Source: Bacteroidales bacterium (lineage in GTDB: Bacteria; Bacteroidota; Bacteroidia; Bacteroidales; Muribaculaceae). Taken from it: 64,000 bases of DNA. Shown here one piece after another: positions 60,801 through 64,000 of this stretch (its first letter is position 1; each line of letters opens with the position of its first letter). Location: NCBI GenBank assembly GCA_030524805.1, contig JAUNFY010000002.1:11680-75679 (forward strand), written 5' to 3'. A program made the position numbers and the translations under genes. The notes beneath the pieces are model-generated. The model worked only from the letters and a program-made list of their open reading frames with translations. It was not told the origin of the DNA and did not search any database.

Positions 60801-61918
60801 TTGAAGATAAGGACCGTAAACGGATTTTCGACCGCTACATAGTGTTTGAGAACATGGAGGGGAATGCCACAAAAGGTCTTTCCTCAAGAAACGGCCTCGG
60901 CATGGCTACCTGTAAGGCAATGGTGGAATTGCTTGAGGGTGAGATCGACATCAGGAGCGAAATCGGTGAGTATGCCGAGTTCATTGTCACGTTGCCGGCG
61001 TTGCCCTTGTCGTCGGTAGTGACGAAAGACGTGATAGACGAGTCGATGCCTTTCACCCAGCCGCAGGCTATAGATATGCCTGAGATTCCGGAAATATCTC
61101 CTGCCGAGAGTATCGTCCTTAATGGCGACACCCAGCATTCAGCCCTTTTGATTGATGATGACGCGGAGATATTGCATCTTCTGATGGATGCCATGTCGCA
61201 ATATAAGGTTTACACTGCCACTAATGCCAGTGAAGGACTGCAGCTGGTGAAGGAAAAGTCTCCGGACATCATCATCACGGATATAATGATGTCGGGAGAG
61301 AGTGGAATATGGCTGACTAAAAAGGTCAAGGAGGATCGTCACACCGCGCATATTCCTATCGTGGTGTTGTCGGCCAAGAGCACAAGCGTGGATAAGATCA
61401 CAGGTCTGCAGGCCGGAGCCGAGGCTTATGTGGCGAAACCTTTCTCCACAAGCTATCTTCTGGAAGTGGTCAAAAGGTTGCTGTCAAGTCGTGGCGAACT
61501 TAAAAACTATTACAATAGCTCGGCCTCCGCTTTTGAATATGTAGATGGTAAGGCCCTTAATCAATTGGATAAGGATTTCGTGAATAAATTGAAAGAGGTC
61601 GTGGAGGAATCGATAGGCGATTCCGAGCTTATTGCCGATCTTCTTGCCGAGAAGATGAATATGAGCACCCGTAATTTCTACCGGAAGATGAAGGCCCTCC
61701 AGCTTCCTCCTCCGATCGATTTCATACGTCAACACAGAATTAAACATGCAGCCCATCTGTTGGCTACAACGTCGCTGTCTATTCAGGAAGTGCTCTTCCA
61801 GAGTGGTTTCAACAACAGGTCTTATTTCTATAAAGAGTTCGACAAGGTGTATGGGATGACCCCGAGGGCATACCGCCTGGACCAGCAGAAAAACAACGGT
61901 AAGGTTGCCGACAGATAA
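57869..61918 (+). CDS. Hybrid two-component system (HTCS) sensor kinase/response regulator with AraC-type HTH
   Basis: Periplasmic beta-propeller repeats plus a Y_Y_Y region. TM helix IFYFMLILSAVSAGVYYVLW. H-box GITHEFNAPLT. HATPase region (NLISNAFKYT, GLGMATCK). Receiver domain (LLIDDD...DIIITDIMM). C-terminal AraC HTH (FNNRSYFYKEFDKVYGMTPRAYR). Confidence 0.93.
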   Translation: MKNRCFEIFLFLMAVAFLYGCPTVEAQMIRRLTHADGLPSSSVMSVMSSKTGFLWLGTVDGLAVYDGHSIHPFSSHHFSGNLSGNLIHSLHETDEAIWIQTNHGLDRMSKNDSRLEEFSDFRENYTYVSDDGSVTFSLGLSNNLYYYIDGVSKTFQPLEGFAISTSGLCTFSWRGDTLRVYQKDGIRGFVLDRKDEEHYRIVKQLPFQKFDMHHCFHDYDGKLWIVDPEGIIWFYDETTGNRTRYADLGSECKKRGPIFSIARHKGSDDLFVGFQWDDVVKVRGAADGGEAEILPLGINSGIVGIEPDSYQDVMWIITDGHGVYEYINADVSIQSIKYSDLNQIIRRPVRALWVDDENTLWVGTKGDGILRLKNYDKIAQTGQMTKELIDPGNSGLLNKEVYAFSPSCRPILWIGSGGGLNYYSYVERKIKNLPFNGNKFVRDIHSIHEESDSVLWVAASGQGVYRLTLSGSSDNPSVVSVKEFANGDGSWALNFFFAIHPGKDGVMYGVNRGYGAMKIKNNEMNMLPMMNDYATRMVNDIFAIEVQGDTLWFGTGAGVIRRTGNEETMYDREAGLTNATIHAIVMADDRDLWFSTNDGLACLNTATGGIRLYNHSSGVEINEFSDGAFCKHGNDIYFGGVDGIVRVSIGSNPMPTKVDYAPIYFTGIIIGGEYHNLNPYKNSKGINIGYDENSFSIELAAPDHINGAHYTYYYKLNNDKDWNMVEDNKINFSHLPYGSYTLTARYVDGATGYVSPAHSIDIEVEAPWYLSLWAKIFYFMLILSAVSAGVYYVLWRQKREQKRKIKELKQEQKEKIYEDKLRFFTGITHEFNAPLTLIYGPCERILNHRGVDSYTRRYVTLIRRNAERLNSLIQEIIDFGRIESGAMPRVVTEVNVSMLCEDILQLFTSLEDQNSVKVVREIESDVVWPTDLRSITKILYNLISNAFKYTPSYGTLRLTLQRAGDKLQLKVYNTGQGIEDKDRKRIFDRYIVFENMEGNATKGLSSRNGLGMATCKAMVELLEGEIDIRSEIGEYAEFIVTLPALPLSSVVTKDVIDESMPFTQPQAIDMPEIPEISPAESIVLNGDTQHSALLIDDDAEILHLLMDAMSQYKVYTATNASEGLQLVKEKSPDIIITDIMMSGESGIWLTKKVKEDRHTAHIPIVVLSAKSTSVDKITGLQAGAEAYVAKPFSTSYLLEVVKRLLSSRGELKNYYNSSASAFEYVDGKALNQLDKDFVNKLKEVVEESIGDSELIADLLAEKMNMSTRNFYRKMKALQLPPPIDFIRQHRIKHAAHLLATTSLSIQEVLFQSGFNNRSYFYKEFDKVYGMTPRAYRLDQQKNNGKVADR

Positions 61919-61964
61919 TTTTAAATGATATTTTACGTTAATGCATTATTAATCGGAATAGAAT

Positions 61965-63083
61965 ATGTATAAACATGATGATAGAATAGTGGTGACTCTC
62001 GATGCCGGCGGCACAAACCTGGTGTTCGGCGCGATGCGGGGTTGCGAGTATATCACATCTCCGGTGGTATATCCTTCCAACGCAAATGATCTTGACAAGT
62101 GTCTTGACACAATGGTCAAGGGATTTCGCGAGGTTATGGATTCGCTCGACGAAAAGCCTGTGGCCATAAGTTTTGCTTTTCCCGGTCCTGCCGATTACCG
62201 TAATGGTATAATCGGCGGCTATCTTCCCAATTTCCCCTCTTTCCGTGATGGAGTGGCGTTGGGTCCGTTTCTGGAAAATGAATTCGGGATTCCGGTATTC
62301 ATCAACAATGATGGCGATCTCTTCGCTTATGGAGAGGCATTGTGTGGCAAACTTCCGGAGATTAACCGCAGGCTCAGGGAAGCGGGAAGCCGAAAGAGTT
62401 TCCATAATCTGCTCGGATATACTTTCGGCACTGGTTTCGGCATAGGTATCGTTGTCAACGACCAACTCAACCGTGGTGACAATTCATGCGTCGAGACCTT
62501 CTGTCTGCCGCATAAGATGAAGGAGGGGATCATAGTGGAGGAAGGAGTCTCGATACGTGCCGTGAAGCGGGTGTATGCGGAGGCATCGGGTGCTTACGAC
62601 CATAATCTTGAACCGAAAGATATCTGCGAGATTGCCGAAGGGAAGCGTCCCGGAAATGTCGCCGCTGCCGTGAAGGCATTCGAGGAGCTGGGTACGATAG
62701 CGGGCAACGCCATGGCTATTGCCGTTCAGCTGATAGATGGCCTCATCGTGATAGGTGGCGGCATCACGGCTGCAAGCCATCTGATACTTCCATCTTTGCT
62801 CAAGGAACTTCGTTCGTCGCTTGCCACTCTCGGAGGTGAGGAAGTGGGCCGCGTGCAAATGAAGGTTTTCAATCTTGATGATCCTGCTGAATTCGCGGAG
62901 TTTGCAAAGGGCAATCCAAAGACAATAGCCGTAAGAGGCACCAATCTCACAGTCAGCTATGATGATATGAAGCGTGTCGGCGTGTGCATATCCGAACTGG
63001 GGGCGAGCAAGGCGATATCGACAGGTGCGTATGCGTATGCCTTGTCGGAAATCGATAATATGACTGATTGCAGGCAGGCATAG
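61965..63083 (+). CDS. ROK-family sugar kinase-like protein
   Basis: N-terminal VTLDAGGTNLVFG (ATPase DxGGT), FINNDGDLFAYGE, GYTFGTGFGIGIV. Confidence 0.65.
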   Translation: MYKHDDRIVVTLDAGGTNLVFGAMRGCEYITSPVVYPSNANDLDKCLDTMVKGFREVMDSLDEKPVAISFAFPGPADYRNGIIGGYLPNFPSFRDGVALGPFLENEFGIPVFINNDGDLFAYGEALCGKLPEINRRLREAGSRKSFHNLLGYTFGTGFGIGIVVNDQLNRGDNSCVETFCLPHKMKEGIIVEEGVSIRAVKRVYAEASGAYDHNLEPKDICEIAEGKRPGNVAAAVKAFEELGTIAGNAMAIAVQLIDGLIVIGGGITAASHLILPSLLKELRSSLATLGGEEVGRVQMKVFNLDDPAEFAEFAKGNPKTIAVRGTNLTVSYDDMKRVGVCISELGASKAISTGAYAYALSEIDNMTDCRQA

Positions 63084-63149
63084 ATAAATTCATGAACTGA
63101 TATCGGACGGGTTAATCAACCGCAGAACGTAGATATCAATAAGATACAG

Positions 63150-63179
63150 AAGGCCGGCTTCACACAGGAAGCCGGCCTT
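63150..63179. terminator. Bidirectional terminator hairpin at a convergent junction
   Basis: aaggccggcttc-acacag-gaagccggcctt, a perfect 12-bp stem. It has the same arm sequence as the hairpin at 54322. Confidence 0.7.
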
Positions 63180-63205
63180 TCGTGTATTGTAGGTATTTTT
63201 CACCT

Positions 63206-64000
63206 CTATCTGTCCTTGTTCTTCGTGTTAAAATAGTCGCGCATCAGATACCATGCTTCCTTGCGTTGTCCACGGTCGGATGTGAGGCCTTTACGGTTGA
63301 ATTCCAAACCTTGCAGAGGGGAGAAACGGGTGGGGGAGCGGAAGTCAAAGAGAATCCATGGCGATACACCGGCAAGATTGACCACATTCTCAAACATCAT
63401 CAAATTCTTACGGTAAAGATCAGCTTGATAATCCTCGCTCCACGACCATTTGGCTTCTCCATTTCCATGACGCCCATATAAGGCTTCTCCGCCGAATTCT
63501 GTGAATATGAGAGGCTTTTCAGGTTTCACATTCCAGCCCATCTCAGATGGGTCGGCACGCCAGTTTTCATACCATCCGACATATTTGTTGATGCCTACGA
63601 TGTCTACGAGATCGAGAGCCGGATCATTGTTGATTTCCCAACATTTCTTGTCTTTGTTCCAGCTCGAATTGTCGAATGCGGCAGAAATGAGTTTGGTGTC
63701 GTCAATGCTTTGTGCTGTCTCTTTCAACTTGGCAAGGAAAGCGTTGCGTGCCTCAGAGGGCCGTGTCTCGTTGGCGATTCCCCATACAGCGATGGCAGCG
63801 CGGTTTTTGTCGCGGTTCACCATTTCCGACATCATTCTTACAGCTTTGGCTTGGGTGGAGTCGTTGCCGAAATCAATTCCCTGCCAGATGGGTATCTCCT
63901 CCCAAAGCATGAAGCCCATCTTTTCGGCCATGCGAACGATATGCTCGTTTTGTGGATAATGGGCCAACCGAATGAAGTTGACACCTAAATCTTTTGCCTC
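63206..64000 (-). CDS. GH2 family, beta-glucuronidase-like; N-terminus lies beyond the window edge
   Basis: The frame continues past 63967 to the window end. AHYPQNEH, AIAVWGIANE (acid/base region), IFTEFGGEA (nucleophile region), and a FNRKGLTSDRGQRKEAWY NxK motif as in GUS enzymes. Confidence 0.75.
   Translation of the reverse strand, partial: EAKDLGVNFIRLAHYPQNEHIVRMAEKMGFMLWEEIPIWQGIDFGNDSTQAKAVRMMSEMVNRDKNRAAIAVWGIANETRPSEARNAFLAKLKETAQSIDDTKLISAAFDNSSWNKDKKCWEINNDPALDLVDIVGINKYVGWYENWRADPSEMGWNVKPEKPLIFTEFGGEALYGRHGNGEAKWSWSEDYQADLYRKNLMMFENVVNLAGVSPWILFDFRSPTRFSPLQGLEFNRKGLTSDRGQRKEAWYLMRDYFNTKNKDR

Overview
Bacteroidota (Bacteroidales-type) chromosomal segment. The assignment rests on the gene content, the TTTG/TAnnTTTG promoter elements, a hybrid two-component system (HTCS) and a T9SS-associated gene. 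It has three parts. (1) 1-11.8 kb holds the S10/spc/alpha ribosomal-protein cluster (rpsC' to rplQ, with secY, map, infA, rpoA). The cluster is interrupted by two atypical non-coding spacers: a strong intrinsic terminator between rplP and rpmC, and a 470-nt terminator-plus-promoter spacer between rpsN and rpsH. A structured rpsK-rpsD spacer also occurs here. (2) 11.9-28.7 kb holds housekeeping genes: cardiolipin synthase, Nudix-wHTH, rpsU, a Xer-like recombinase, pnp, pullulanase, rsgA, rplS, folP, cdaA, DUF3109, DUF5103 and a GH3. (3) 28.9-64 kb is a visibly lower-GC carbohydrate-active enzyme island of about 35 kb. It encodes an SGNH esterase, GH97, GH92, a CBM13-GH2, a GH27/36-like protein, two GH115-type proteins, a small secreted protein followed by a leaderless beta-helix protein, a secreted DUF362-like protein, a GH9-like protein, a CE15 fusion to an (alpha/alpha)6 domain, GH28, GH125, an HTCS regulator, a ROK kinase and a GUS-like GH2. 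No SusC/SusD pair lies in the window. The most interesting signal read from the DNA is a conserved ~18-nt box (TTGGCRGAATWGYATAYA) present six times. All copies are intergenic and on the + strand, and each sits 36-37 or 57 nt upstream of a Bacteroidetes -7 element, ahead of transcription units of the island including the HTCS gene itself. This is a candidate operator/regulon signature. No rRNA, intact tRNA, CRISPR array or IS/transposon was seen. All family assignments come from reading motifs by eye, not from database searches.
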